A stretch of DNA of 62,202 nucleotides, the filler included. It is 5 parts of 5 records of this genome, joined end to end, with 100 filler letters (N's around TTAATTAATTAA, not from the genome) between each part and the next. Parts side by side here need not be neighbours in the genome. Positions count along the whole stretch, not along the records: positions 1 to 9,681 come from SRR20825019_1937; positions 9,782 to 22,933 come from SRR20825019_1942; 3 more parts are not named here. One strand, 5' to 3'. The notes below the pieces were generated by a model. It did no database searches. It was given only the letters and a program-made list of their open reading frames with translations, and was not told the origin of the DNA. A program made the position numbers and the translations under genes. Shown piece by piece: positions 1 to 9,806 of this stretch (positions are counted from its first letter, which is position 1; each line of letters starts with the position of its first letter).

Positions 1-474
1 CATCTGTTCGATATCCATCGCGATCAGCGGTTCGTCTTCGATAATCATGATGTCGGTCGCAACCTGTTTGGCGATTTCGGCAGAAGCCTGATCTACCAGA
101 GCGGAAACTTCATCGATATCGACGTTCAGGATTGTCGCTGTTTCCTTGTGGGAAAAGCCTTCAAGCGAGATCAGAAGGAAAGCCTGTCGCGGTTTGGCTG
201 GCAAGGCCAGAAGGTTTGCTGCTGCGCGCTTTTCCCACGAGTAAGGTGAATCGATTTCATCGATCTCAATCGTTGTGGAACTGAAGAGGTGTGAAAACAG
301 TTTATAGACGGCAATCCGGTCGTCACCGTCTTGCGGGAAAAGCGAAACATCTTCGATCAGGGCTTCGAGCACAGCGGCGACATAGGCGTCGCCCGAAGTC
401 TGCGATCCTGTCACGGCACGTGCGTAGCGCCGGAGGTAAGGTAGATGCGCGGCGACACGGGTAGAAAGTGACAT
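1..474 (-). CDS. phyR: PhyR anti-anti-sigma response regulator (runs off window start, 3' truncated)
   Basis: Manual translation from ATG at 474: MSLSTRVAAHLPYLRRYARAVTGSQTSGDAYV (sigma-like domain) to ...DIMIIEDEPLIAMDIEQM (receiver start). AGGAG RBS upstream. Divergent from nepR-ecfG. Absent from the ORF track. Confidence 0.93.
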   Translation of the reverse strand, partial: MSLSTRVAAHLPYLRRYARAVTGSQTSGDAYVAAVLEALIEDVSLFPQDGDDRIAVYKLFSHLFSSTTIEIDEIDSPYSWEKRAAANLLALPAKPRQAFLLISLEGFSHKETATILNVDIDEVSALVDQASAEIAKQVATDIMIIEDEPLIAMDIEQM

Positions 475-546
475 GGTGAATACTCTCCTGCCTGTTAAAA
501 GGTCTTTGTATATCGTGGTGCCTGTGAATGGCCCTCAAAGACATTA

Positions 547-571
547 AATGGGTTTGCTATAAAAAAGTTCC
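547..571 (-). promoter_or_regulatory. EcfG-type promoter driving phyR (GGAAC-N16-CATT)
   Basis: Minus strand GGAAC 571-567, 16-nt spacer, CATT; close to the EcfG consensus GGAAC-N16/17-CGTT. Confidence 0.65.
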
Positions 572-578
572 CCATGAC

Positions 579-603
579 GGAACTTTTTATTTCGGGTGGC
601 GTT
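579..603 (+). promoter_or_regulatory. EcfG-dependent promoter for nepR-ecfG (GGAAC-N16-CGTT)
   Basis: Exact consensus: GGAAC 579-583 and CGTT 600-603, directly upstream of nepR. Confidence 0.85.
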
Positions 604-630
604 TGCAACTCAGAACTGAAAACCAAATAA

Positions 631-843
631 ATGCGGGGCGAGACATTGAAGAACCATAGCAAGGGTATTGATAAAGGCATGACCCTGCCTGGCGCCGCCA
701 AAAGTCCGGACGCGGCGATCAGCCGCCGTCTTAAGGCGCTTTACGACGCAGTTGAGCAGGAAGAAATTCCCGACCGGTTTCTGGAGCTACTTGAACGTCT
801 TGATGCAGCAGAAACTGCATCCAGGCGCGAAGCGGAGGGCTGA
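631..843 (+). CDS. nepR: NepR anti-sigma factor (start may be TTG 646 or ATG 679)
   Basis: ISRRLKALYDAVEQEEIPDRFLELLERLD NepR core; TGATG overlap with ecfG. Confidence 0.9.
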   Translation: MRGETLKNHSKGIDKGMTLPGAAKSPDAAISRRLKALYDAVEQEEIPDRFLELLERLDAAETASRREAEG

Positions 844-1415
844 TGACCGTGGTCAGGGAAAAAGACAGCGTTTTCAAACGTGACATGCTGAAGACAGTGC
901 CGAGCCTGCGTGCTTTTGCCGTGTCTTTATGCGGCCACCAGGATCGCGCGGATGATCTGGTTCAGGATACGATCATGAAAGCCTGGGCCAAGCAGGAAAG
1001 CTTCACCGAAGGAACCAATATCAAGGCCTGGCTTTTTACGATCCTGCGCAATGAATTCTACAGTCAGATGCGCAAGAGCGGACGTGAAATCCAGGACAGC
1101 GACAACATTTTCACCGAGCGCATGTCCACCCATCCCGCTCAACATGGTGTGATGGATCTGAAGGATTTCCTCGAAGCGCTTAATCGCCTTCCCGACGATC
1201 AGCGGGAGGCCATCATTCTGGTGGGGGCTTCCGGTTTCTCCTACGAGGAAGCCGCCGAAATCTGTCATTGTGCGATTGGCACGATCAAAAGCCGTATTGC
1301 ACGGGCACGTGTCAAGCTGCAGGAAATGCTGGATATCGACGGCGAATCCGATTATGGCCCCGACGCCAATACAGCCGCTGTCGTGAGTGGCGCATTTGCT
1401 TCCCGCCCTGTTTGA
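843..1415 (+). CDS. ecfG: ECF15 sigma factor EcfG (RpoE2/SigT type)
   Basis: LRAFAVSL...ADDLVQDT...AWLFTILRN region 2; LSYEEAAEIC-like FSYEEAAEIC...GTIKSR region 4; phyR/nepR context. Confidence 0.92.
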   Translation: MTVVREKDSVFKRDMLKTVPSLRAFAVSLCGHQDRADDLVQDTIMKAWAKQESFTEGTNIKAWLFTILRNEFYSQMRKSGREIQDSDNIFTERMSTHPAQHGVMDLKDFLEALNRLPDDQREAIILVGASGFSYEEAAEICHCAIGTIKSRIARARVKLQEMLDIDGESDYGPDANTAAVVSGAFASRPV

Positions 1416-1442
1416 ACGGAGCTGATTTCAGCCTTTTATATG

Positions 1443-1476
1443 CCGCAGGAGCGCGTGATGCCTCCTGCGGTTTTTT
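1443..1476 (+). terminator. Rho-independent terminator after ecfG
   Basis: CCGCAGGAG/CTCCTGCGG stem followed by T6. Confidence 0.8.
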
Positions 1477-1538
1477 GATATGCTCTTGTCATTACTCCAG
1501 GAGAGCATACATCTGCGGAACACAAAGACTTCTGAGGC

Positions 1539-2420
1539 ATGAAGGAAGACCTGATGAGCAACTGGAAAGCAAAACTGATCCCGGCGAAGTTTCGCAAGGA
1601 CAAGACCATAATCCCGGTCGTCCGGCTTTCCGGTACCATCATGGCGGGCGGCTCACCTGGTCGGCGCAATCTCAATCTGGCTTCCTGTGCGACAGCGCTT
1701 GAGCGGGCTTTTTCCGTCAAGCATGCTCCTTGCGTTGCCATCTCGCTGAATTCTCCCGGCGGCTCTCCGGTGCAATCGCGGCTGATTTATCAGCGCATTC
1801 GTGCCCTTGCCGAAGAAAATGGCCGGCCGGTTTATATTTTCGTAGAGGATGTGGCCGCATCCGGCGGTTATATGATTGCCTTGGCCGGTGATGAAATTTT
1901 CGTTGATCCGACCTCCATCGTCGGATCGATTGGCGTTGTCTCGGGCGGTTTCGGGTTTACCGAAATGATCCGCAAGATCGGAGTTGAGCGCCGGGTTTAT
2001 ACCGCTGGTGAGAACAAGGTCATGCTGGACCCGTTTCAACCGGAAAAAGAGAAGGATATCGAATACCTGAAAGCCCTTCAGGCCGATATTCATGATGTTT
2101 TCACCGGCATGGTGAAAGAGCGCCGCGGTGCCAAACTCACCGATGATCCTGACCTTTTCTCCGGCCTGTTCTGGACCGGGCAAAAAGGTGTTGAGCTTGG
2201 GTTGGTCGATGGGATCGGCGATATGCGAACCACGCTGAGACAACGCTATGGCAACAAGGTCGAACTGAAGCTTGTCAGCAGCCCCACAAGTTTTTTCGGC
2301 AGGAAATTGCCGGGCGTGACTGCCGGAGGGCTCGATGGAGAAGAACTGGCGGCAGGATTCGCTTCCGGGCTTGCCGAAACGGTGGAAGATCGCACATTAT
2401 GGTCCCGGTATGGGCTGTAG
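1539..2420 (+). CDS. S49 family (SppA/SohB-like) serine peptidase; start may be 1554
   Basis: NSPGGSPVQS, AASGGY and SIVGSIGV motifs. Confidence 0.9.
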   Translation: MKEDLMSNWKAKLIPAKFRKDKTIIPVVRLSGTIMAGGSPGRRNLNLASCATALERAFSVKHAPCVAISLNSPGGSPVQSRLIYQRIRALAEENGRPVYIFVEDVAASGGYMIALAGDEIFVDPTSIVGSIGVVSGGFGFTEMIRKIGVERRVYTAGENKVMLDPFQPEKEKDIEYLKALQADIHDVFTGMVKERRGAKLTDDPDLFSGLFWTGQKGVELGLVDGIGDMRTTLRQRYGNKVELKLVSSPTSFFGRKLPGVTAGGLDGEELAAGFASGLAETVEDRTLWSRYGL

Positions 2421-2524
2421 TCGCCTATAGCTGAAATTCGCATCAGGGTTGCAGAAACTTTGAGGCGAGCTTCAAATTCATCACACCGGGTCGCGTCGTA
2501 ACGTTTTCAACGGGGAGCACTGAT

Positions 2525-2713
2525 ATGGGACGTTTTCTGGTCCTTGCCGCAATTGCAGGCGGTGGATACATGCTTTACCGCAAGTTCATCAATGATGCCG
2601 AAGCCTTGAGTGCGCGCAGCGAACAAAAGCGTGCGGAGCAGCAAAACGGGGCGACCGGAACACTGGTGAAAGACCCCGCCACGGGTGAATATCGCGTTAA
2701 AAAATCCGACTGA
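2525..2713 (+). CDS. Small membrane-anchored hypothetical protein
   Basis: GGGGAG RBS, N-terminal hydrophobic helix, C-terminal TLVKDPATGEYR motif. Confidence 0.7.
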   Translation: MGRFLVLAAIAGGGYMLYRKFINDAEALSARSEQKRAEQQNGATGTLVKDPATGEYRVKKSD

Positions 2714-3086
2714 CGAAGACGCCGTTCAGCAAAAGTCTACCGCCCTCCCGTTTATTACACCCGGGGGAAGCGTTGCCTCATGTTGGATTGGTGAGCCTTT
2801 GCTTGCTTGACAAATCACAGAAATGTTGCCCTCATTGCTATCGGGGGTTTTATATTCCCGTGTAAGATGTGATTGCGGTTTCGGTGGTATTTCGAAATAT
2901 ATGTCGTTTCTGAAACTTTGATGTTCGTCATCTGACCGGTTGCGGCCATTTTGATCCACCAATGTGATCACGGCAAGAATGTGGTGGGGGCTGCTGTTCT
3001 GAAAGCTCACCTGCGCCGAATAATGGGCGGGACGGCCTGTGCGCGCTCGCATGTCCCGGTTGGAAACACCAAGCAAGGAACGAGTC

Positions 3087-4580
3087 ATGAGCTTCGGAGT
3101 TATTGTCAGTCTCACCCTCTATTTTGTGTTGATGCTGGGCATCGGCCTTTATGCATGGCGTAAATCAACGTCCAATTCCGAAGAATATATTCTTGGCGGG
3201 CGCCAGCTCAGCCCTGGTGTGGCTGCACTTTCCGCTGGTGCCTCTGATATGAGTGGCTGGCTTTTGCTCGGTCTGCCCGGCGCCTTGTTCGTCAGCGGGC
3301 TGACACAGAGCTGGATCGGGATCGGCCTCACCATCGGTGCATTCTTCAACTGGGTCATTGTTGCACCGCGTCTGCGCGAACAGACAGAACGCTATGACAA
3401 CGCACTGACAATCCCTGCCTTTCTGTCGAGCCGCTTTCCCAGCAAGGCGCTGACACTCAGAAGCGTTTCCGCTGTGGTGATTGTCATTTTCTTCGCCGTT
3501 TACACTGCATCCGGACTGGTTGCCGGCGGCAAGCTTTTCGACACTGCCTTTGGTGATCTGGTTGATATAGGCGGTCTCACCCGCTATCAGACCGGCATTG
3601 TGCTTACGATGGGCATTGTCCTGGTTTACACGATGATCGGCGGGTTTCTGGCCGTCAGCCTGACCGATTTTGTGCAAGGCTGCATCATGATGCTCGCACT
3701 GGTCGTCATGCCGCTTGTCGTTGTCGTTCGTGCGGGTGGCTTCGGTGTTACGGCTGATCGGATGCTTAGCGTCGATCCGAACTTCCTTTCGATGACACAC
3801 GGGTTGACCATTGTCGGCTTCTTGTCTGCGGTGGCGTGGGGGCTTGGCTATTTCGGCCAGCCGCACATTATTGTGCGCTTCATGGCCATCCGCAACGTCA
3901 AGGATGTTCCCACTGCGCGTAATATCGGCATGACCTGGATGATCATTTCGCTCATCGGTGCTGTTGGTGTCGGTATTTTCGGCCGTTCCTTTGTGGTTGG
4001 CAACAATATCAACGTCGCCGATCCCGAAACGATCTTTATCGTTCTGGCAAACACACTGTTCATTCCTCTGATCACGGGTTTTCTGCTGGCAGCATTGCTG
4101 GCGGCGATCATGAGCACGATTTCCAGTCAGCTTCTGGTTTCCTCGTCATCGCTGACAGAAGATTTCTATGGCCTGTTCCTGAACCGCAATGCAAGCGATC
4201 GAACAATGGTGAATGTCGGGCGTATTTGTGTGTTCCTGGTGGCGGTGGTTGCTGCCTATATTGCCTGGAACCCGGACTCACAGGTTCTGGGACTGGTGTC
4301 GCACGCCTGGGCCGGGTTTGGCGCTGCGTTCGGTCCGCTGATCATTCTGGCGTTGACCTGGCGCGGTATGTCCGGCTGGGGGGCCGTTTCAGGTCTGGTG
4401 GTCGGTGCGCTTACCGTGATTGTCTGGATCGCGCTTGGCTTTAACCAGAGCTTTATGGGCGGGGCCGGTGTTTATGAAATTATTCCGGGCTTTATTGCGG
4501 CCTTCATCGCGATCTTTGTCGTCAGTCTTGCGACACCGACCGAAGGCGAGTTCCGTCCGCTGGAAGCACCCGCGGAATAA
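3087..4580 (+). CDS. putP: Sodium/proline symporter PutP
   Basis: ALSAGASDMSGWLLLGLPG, WGLGYFGQPHI, AAIMSTISSQLL; ATG 3087 preceded by AAGGA. Confidence 0.93.
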   Translation: MSFGVIVSLTLYFVLMLGIGLYAWRKSTSNSEEYILGGRQLSPGVAALSAGASDMSGWLLLGLPGALFVSGLTQSWIGIGLTIGAFFNWVIVAPRLREQTERYDNALTIPAFLSSRFPSKALTLRSVSAVVIVIFFAVYTASGLVAGGKLFDTAFGDLVDIGGLTRYQTGIVLTMGIVLVYTMIGGFLAVSLTDFVQGCIMMLALVVMPLVVVVRAGGFGVTADRMLSVDPNFLSMTHGLTIVGFLSAVAWGLGYFGQPHIIVRFMAIRNVKDVPTARNIGMTWMIISLIGAVGVGIFGRSFVVGNNINVADPETIFIVLANTLFIPLITGFLLAALLAAIMSTISSQLLVSSSSLTEDFYGLFLNRNASDRTMVNVGRICVFLVAVVAAYIAWNPDSQVLGLVSHAWAGFGAAFGPLIILALTWRGMSGWGAVSGLVVGALTVIVWIALGFNQSFMGGAGVYEIIPGFIAAFIAIFVVSLATPTEGEFRPLEAPAE

Positions 4581-4597
4581 GCCTTTTCGATCTCTGT

Positions 4598-4631
4598 CAT
4601 CCGCCGTCGTTTCCGTTTTCGGCGGCGGATG
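4598..4631 (+). terminator. GC-rich hairpin after putP (probable terminator or mRNA stability stem)
   Basis: CATCCGCCGTCG/CGGCGGCGGATG 12-bp stem with one G:U; no clear U-tract. Confidence 0.5.
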
Positions 4632-4711
4632 GCAAGCCACTTCGGCTTGACCCTTTCGCGCTTCCATGGCACTCAGCGCACACCCTTCAATGAAGACAAA
4701 GTCCGTTTGCC

Positions 4712-5662
4712 ATGTCCGATGACGCGATCCCGTCCCATATGCATCCAAAGCGCTCCTTTCAGGGGCTTATTCTGACGCTCCAGTCCTACTGGGCCGACAA
4801 GGGCTGTGCGATACTCCAGCCTTATGACATGGAAGTGGGCGCCGGTACGTTGCACCCCTCAACAACGCTGAGGGCGCTTGGGCCAAAGCGCTGGAATGTG
4901 GGCTATGTTCAGCCCTCGCGCCGCCCGGCGGATGGCCGATATGGTGAAAATCCCAATCGCCTGCAGCACTATTATCAGTATCAGGTGCTTTTGAAACCTT
5001 CTCCACCGGATTTGCAGGAGCTTTATCTCGGTTCGCTGAAGGCGATCGGGCTTGACCCGCTCCTCCATGATATCCGCTTTGTTGAAGATGACTGGGAAAA
5101 TCCGACTACCGGCTCATGGGGGCTTGGTTGGGAGTGCTGGTGCGATGGCATGGAGGTTTCCCAGTTTACCTATTTCCAGCAGGTGTGCGGCATTGAATGT
5201 GCACCGGTCGCTGGTGAGCTGACCTATGGTCTGGAGCGCATTGCCATGTATGTTCAGGGCGTTGACAGTGTTTATGACCTGAATTTCAATGGCCGTGAAG
5301 GCGATGAAAAGGTCACATATGGCGACGTTTTTCTGCAAGCCGAGCAGGAATATTCGCGGCACAACTTCGAGTATGCCAATACAGAGATGCTGCACCGCCA
5401 CTTCCTTGATGCCGAAGCCGAGTGCAAGGCGCTTCTTGGCTCCGGATCGCCAGATGCGCCGGGAATGCTGCACAAATGTGTTTTTCCTGCCTATGATCAA
5501 TGCATCAAGGCTTCACATATCTTCAATCTGCTGGATGCGCGCGGCGTGATTTCCGTAACAGAACGTCAGAGCTATATTCTGCGTGTTCGAACATTGGCAA
5601 AAGCCTGCGGCGAAGCTTATCTTCTAACGGATGCAGGCGGCTTTCAGCCGGAAGCGGCCTGA
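4712..5662 (+). CDS. glyQ: Glycine--tRNA ligase alpha subunit
   Basis: [43 protein letters not shown]. Confidence 0.97.
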   Translation: MSDDAIPSHMHPKRSFQGLILTLQSYWADKGCAILQPYDMEVGAGTLHPSTTLRALGPKRWNVGYVQPSRRPADGRYGENPNRLQHYYQYQVLLKPSPPDLQELYLGSLKAIGLDPLLHDIRFVEDDWENPTTGSWGLGWECWCDGMEVSQFTYFQQVCGIECAPVAGELTYGLERIAMYVQGVDSVYDLNFNGREGDEKVTYGDVFLQAEQEYSRHNFEYANTEMLHRHFLDAEAECKALLGSGSPDAPGMLHKCVFPAYDQCIKASHIFNLLDARGVISVTERQSYILRVRTLAKACGEAYLLTDAGGFQPEAA

Positions 5663-5730
5663 TCACATAATATCCGTCACAGCCATGCGCTAAGCCTGAT
5701 AGCCGTGGTGGACTAATCGGGAGAGGCCGG

Positions 5731-6294
5731 ATGCTGATTACCCTTATCGTACTGATCGTGGTTGTGTTTGCGATCATTGGTTTTGTGATTTCGCTCTACA
5801 ACGCGCTGGTACGAGCGCGGCAGACGGCGGAAGAGGCCTGGTCTGGTATTGACGTCCAGTTGAAACGCCGTGCAGACCTCATTCCTAACCTCGTTGAGAC
5901 AGTCAAAGGCTATGCCAGCCATGAGCGTGGCACGCTGGAAGAGGTTGTTGAAAAGCGCAACAAGGCACAAAGTGTGGCCTCCGGCGATGTTGTGGGCAGG
6001 GCGCAGGCCGAAGGTGAGCTTTCTCAGGCACTGGGCCGCTTGTTTGCGCTTTCGGAAGCCTATCCCGACCTTAAGGCCAACCAGAACTTTGCGGATCTTC
6101 AGGCTTCTCTGGAGAAGACGGAAAGTGAAATTCAGATGGCGCGGCGCTATTACAACGGCGCTGCCCGTGATCTGAACATCAAGGTCGAAAGCTTTCCCAG
6201 CAATCTCATCGCCGGCCAGTTCGGTTTTCAGAAGCGTGATTATTTTGAGATCGAAGATGCGGCTGACCGTGCTGTCCCCGACGTTTCCTTCTAG
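5731..6294 (+). CDS. lemA: LemA family protein
   Basis: N-terminal TM; AWSGIDVQLKRRADLIPNLV; EAYPDLKANQNF; ARRYYN. Confidence 0.93.
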   Translation: MLITLIVLIVVVFAIIGFVISLYNALVRARQTAEEAWSGIDVQLKRRADLIPNLVETVKGYASHERGTLEEVVEKRNKAQSVASGDVVGRAQAEGELSQALGRLFALSEAYPDLKANQNFADLQASLEKTESEIQMARRYYNGAARDLNIKVESFPSNLIAGQFGFQKRDYFEIEDAADRAVPDVSF

Positions 6295-6331
6295 GTTTTA
6301 TCCCGGTTTTTCCGGCTTTTTGAAAGTTTGA

Positions 6332-7594
6332 TTGATGAACAAGGACAGGCTTACCGTCATCCCGCCCAGGCATCCGCTTGAAGGTCGCGTCAGTCCGCCC
6401 GGTTCAAAATCGATCACCAATCGTGCGCTTCTGCTCGCCGGGCTTTCCAAAGGCAAAAGCAGCCTGACCGGTGCGCTGAAAAGCGACGACACGAGACACA
6501 TGGCAAATGCCTTGAGGGCGATGGGCGTGCGTGTGGATGAGCCGGATGAAACGACATTTGTTGTCACCGGGTCCGGCAGACTGGAAGCGCCACATGAACC
6601 GATTTTCCTTGGTAATGCGGGTACGGCAACGCGGTTTTTGACAGCCGCCGCAGCCAGTGTTGATGGCACTGTCATTGTCGATGGTGATGAGCATATGCGC
6701 AAACGGCCGATTGGCCCGCTGGTCAACGCGCTGCGCCGTCTGGGGATCGACGCCAATGCCCCGACCGGCTGTCCGCCGGTAACGATCAACGGCAAGGGCG
6801 CGTTTGGCGCAGGCCGGATTGAGATCGATGCCGGTTTATCCAGCCAGTATGTATCGGCTCTCTTGATGGCCGCGCCATTGGCGCCGGGTGGCCAGCCTGT
6901 GACTGTGGTTCTGACAGGCACAGAAATTGGTGCGCGCGGCTATATCAGTTTGACGCTTGATGCGATGCAAGCCTTTGGCGCCAAGGTGGATCAACTCGAC
7001 GATGCGACATGGGTTGTGCAGCCGACCGGATATCAGGCCGCCGATTTTCATATCGAGCCGGATGCATCGGCTGCGACCTATCTCTGGGCTGCCGAGGTGC
7101 TGACAGGGGGGCGCATCGATATCGGGACAGCCGCTGAAAAATTTACCCAGCCGGATGCAAAGGCACAGGCCGTCATTGCAGCCTTTCCGCACATGCCGGC
7201 AGAGATCGACGGTTCGCAGATGCAGGATGCCATTCCGACGCTGGCCGTGCTGGCGGCTTTTAATGAAACACCGGTGCGGTTTACCGGCATCGAAAACCTG
7301 CGCGTGAAAGAATGCGATCGCACGCGCGCCCTTTCGCTCGGTCTGAATGCCATTCGCGAAGGGCTGGCAGAAGAAGATGGCGACGATCTGATTGTACATG
7401 CCGACCCCGCACTTTCCGGTCAGCATCTGCCCGCAGAAATCGATACGTTTGCCGATCATCGGATCGCGATGAGCTTCGCGCTGGCGGGGCTGAAAATCGA
7501 AGGCATCACCATTCTCGATCCGCTTTGCGTCGGTAAAACCTATCCGGAATACTGGGACGCGCTGGCATCGCTGGGTGTTACATACAAAAGCTGA
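6332..7594 (+). CDS. aroA: EPSP synthase (non-CP4 type)
   Basis: [48 protein letters not shown]. Confidence 0.95.
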   Translation: MMNKDRLTVIPPRHPLEGRVSPPGSKSITNRALLLAGLSKGKSSLTGALKSDDTRHMANALRAMGVRVDEPDETTFVVTGSGRLEAPHEPIFLGNAGTATRFLTAAAASVDGTVIVDGDEHMRKRPIGPLVNALRRLGIDANAPTGCPPVTINGKGAFGAGRIEIDAGLSSQYVSALLMAAPLAPGGQPVTVVLTGTEIGARGYISLTLDAMQAFGAKVDQLDDATWVVQPTGYQAADFHIEPDASAATYLWAAEVLTGGRIDIGTAAEKFTQPDAKAQAVIAAFPHMPAEIDGSQMQDAIPTLAVLAAFNETPVRFTGIENLRVKECDRTRALSLGLNAIREGLAEEDGDDLIVHADPALSGQHLPAEIDTFADHRIAMSFALAGLKIEGITILDPLCVGKTYPEYWDALASLGVTYKS

Positions 7595-7605
7595 AGGAAA
7601 AACTG

Positions 7606-9564
7606 ATGGCCTCAGAACGCCGGACAGTGGCGAAACCGCTTTACGCACTTATGCTGGGTGTTGTTCTGGCGCTGACATTTGCCATTCAAACACAGGCGGC
7701 TGAAACTATCCGCCAGTTTACCTCAGATGTAACGGTTGAAAAATCAGGCCTTTTTGATGTCTCCGAGACGATTTCGGTTCATGCCGAAGGCGATCAGATC
7801 CGGCGCGGCATCTATCGTGATTTTCCGTTGCGTTTTAAGACCGATAGTGGCCGCAAAGGTGAGGTGACCTTTGACCTTAAATCCGTGACGCTGGATGGCA
7901 AGCCGGTGGCACACCATACCGAGAGCATCTCCAATGGTGTTCGTATTTATATGGGCTCTGCCGATACGACGCTGCCACCGGGCAATTACACCTTTCAGAT
8001 GAACTACGAGACGGATCGGCAAGTTCGTTATTTTGACGATCATGACGAAATTTACTGGAATGCCACCGGTAATTTCTGGGCGTTTCCGATTGAGAAAGCC
8101 ACCGCCAACATCACGCTGCCGGAAGGCGTGAAGCCGACGGACACAACATTTTATACCGGTGCGTTTGGTGCGACCGCGAAAAACGCGACGGTTTCGACAA
8201 ACGGCAATGTCGTGTCCTTTGAGACCACGAAACCGCTTGGTCCGAAAGAAGGGCTTTCTGTGGTTGTCGCAGTGCCAAAAGGTGCAATTGATGCGCCGTC
8301 CACCACGCAGAGCACGTCCTGGTTTTTGTACGACTACCGCAATTATTTCATCGGTCTCGGTGGTCTTGTTCTGGTCTTCGCCTATTATTTTTGGGCCTGG
8401 ATGAAGGTCGGTCGCGACCCCGAAACCGGGGTTATCGTACCGCGCTGGCACCCGCCAGAGGGTTTGTCGCCTGCGCTTGTTGCCTATATCGAAAATCAGG
8501 GTTTCGGTTCGCGCCGCTTTGATGCCATTGCTGCCACTGCAATTGATCTTGCGGTGAAAGGGTTCCTGACGATTGAGGAACCGAAAAAGGGTATGAGGAT
8601 CACGCGCACGGAAAAGCCGTTTGATGCGTCATTACCGCCGGGCCAGCGGGCCTTTCTGAAAGCCGTGGACGATGCCGGCGGCACTTTCATTGTCGATAAG
8701 TCCCACAGCTCCGCAGTCGCGGGCATGGCAAAAGCGTTTACTTCGGCGATCACGCGGGAGCATCGCGGCGATTATTTCGTCTCCAATATTGCCTATACGG
8801 TTGGCGGCGTGGCCGTGTCCATTGTGTCTGTCATCGCGCTTCTGGTTTTCGGCTACATCAGCAATGCCGTCATCCCGGTGCTTTTCCTTTCAGTATTCCT
8901 GTCGGTCTTCATCGGCACATTTGCGTCCGCCATTGCCAAAAAGTTCCGTCGGCGCGGTCGTTCTCTCGTTTCGGCGATCAGTACGCTGTTTGCCGTAGCG
9001 GTCGGCGGCTTCTTTCTCGTCCATGCCCTTGGCGGCCTGTTTGTAACGCTGGCCAGTGCCAGCATTACCAACCAGGGCTGGGCCGTCATCGTCGCCGTCG
9101 GCGGTATCGTCCTGACCAACCTGGTTTTCTTCTTCCTGATGGGGGCGCCGACCCCTGCAGGCCGGAAGAAAATGGATGAGATTGCCGGGCTGAAGCAGTA
9201 TCTGTCGCTGGCGGAAGCCAACCGGATGAACCTGAAAGATGCGCCTGAAATGTCGCCGCAGCATTTTGAGACGCTTCTGCCTTATGCCGTGGCGCTGGGC
9301 GTTGAAAAGCCATGGTCCAATACCTTCGACAAATGGCTGACGGCAGCAGTTGCCGCCGGAACCGTCGGTTATTATTCGCCCTATTGGTACTATGGTAATT
9401 TCAGCCATAACAGTCTGTCCGATCAGATCGGCAGCTTCTCCTCGTCCATGGCCTCCACCATGTCATCGTCCATGCCGACGCAAAATACTTCGTCGTCCGG
9501 TTTTTCCAGTGGCGGTGGTTTTTCCGGCGGTGGCGGCGGCGGCGGCGGCGGCGGTGGCTGGTAG
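7606..9564 (+). CDS. DUF2207 family membrane protein with Gly-rich C-terminus
   Basis: Signal peptide, [22 protein letters not shown] helices, [27 protein letters not shown] end; usual LemA partner. Confidence 0.88.
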   Translation: MASERRTVAKPLYALMLGVVLALTFAIQTQAAETIRQFTSDVTVEKSGLFDVSETISVHAEGDQIRRGIYRDFPLRFKTDSGRKGEVTFDLKSVTLDGKPVAHHTESISNGVRIYMGSADTTLPPGNYTFQMNYETDRQVRYFDDHDEIYWNATGNFWAFPIEKATANITLPEGVKPTDTTFYTGAFGATAKNATVSTNGNVVSFETTKPLGPKEGLSVVVAVPKGAIDAPSTTQSTSWFLYDYRNYFIGLGGLVLVFAYYFWAWMKVGRDPETGVIVPRWHPPEGLSPALVAYIENQGFGSRRFDAIAATAIDLAVKGFLTIEEPKKGMRITRTEKPFDASLPPGQRAFLKAVDDAGGTFIVDKSHSSAVAGMAKAFTSAITREHRGDYFVSNIAYTVGGVAVSIVSVIALLVFGYISNAVIPVLFLSVFLSVFIGTFASAIAKKFRRRGRSLVSAISTLFAVAVGGFFLVHALGGLFVTLASASITNQGWAVIVAVGGIVLTNLVFFFLMGAPTPAGRKKMDEIAGLKQYLSLAEANRMNLKDAPEMSPQHFETLLPYAVALGVEKPWSNTFDKWLTAAVAAGTVGYYSPYWYYGNFSHNSLSDQIGSFSSSMASTMSSSMPTQNTSSSGFSSGGGFSGGGGGGGGGGGW

Positions 9565-9652
9565 GTCGCTTTTGCCTTTCGAGGATGACAACAGCCGCGC
9601 AGCTTGCTAACACCGCCGCACCGATAATCCACAAACGATAGAAACAGTCCTC

Positions 9653-9681
9653 ATGCCTGATTTACTGCTTGAACTCCGCTC
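9653..9681 (+). CDS. glyS: Glycine--tRNA ligase beta subunit, first ~10 codons (truncated by contig end)
   Basis: MPDLLLELRS matches the alphaproteobacterial GlyS N-terminus; downstream of glyQ. Confidence 0.8.
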
Positions 9682-9781
9682 NNNNNNNNNNNNNNNNNNN
9701 NNNNNNNNNNNNNNNNNNNNNNNNNTTAATTAATTAANNNNNNNNNNNNNNNNNNNNNNNNNNNNNNNNNNNNNNNNNNNN
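9682..9781. other. Artificial contig-joining spacer
   Basis: N44-TTAATTAATTAA-N44; stop codons in all six frames. Confidence 0.99.
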
Positions 9782-9806
9782 CCCCCCCCCCCCCCCCCCC
9801 CCCCCC

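Noticed and set aside
1517-1541. EcfG promoter (GGAAC-N16-CATG) before the S49 peptidase
   Set aside because: The -10 box deviates from CGTT and overlaps a candidate start codon, so it is too weak
2726-3115. ORFs or PutA operator sites (GTTGC) upstream of putP
   Set aside because: The ORFs look non-coding and no exact GTTGCA array is present
6836-7648. Long antisense ORFs over bacterial genes (also 1653-2243, 7744-8451, 60232-60906)
   Set aside because: Shadow frames of well-supported genes on the opposite strand
9682-9781. TTAATTAATTAA repeated four times as a biological repeat or CRISPR-like element
   Set aside because: Always centred in identical N-runs, so it is an artificial six-frame-stop linker
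9782-9806. Poly-C tract as a telomere or G-quadruplex element
   Set aside because: Homopolymer at a contig edge, likely a sequencing or assembly artefact
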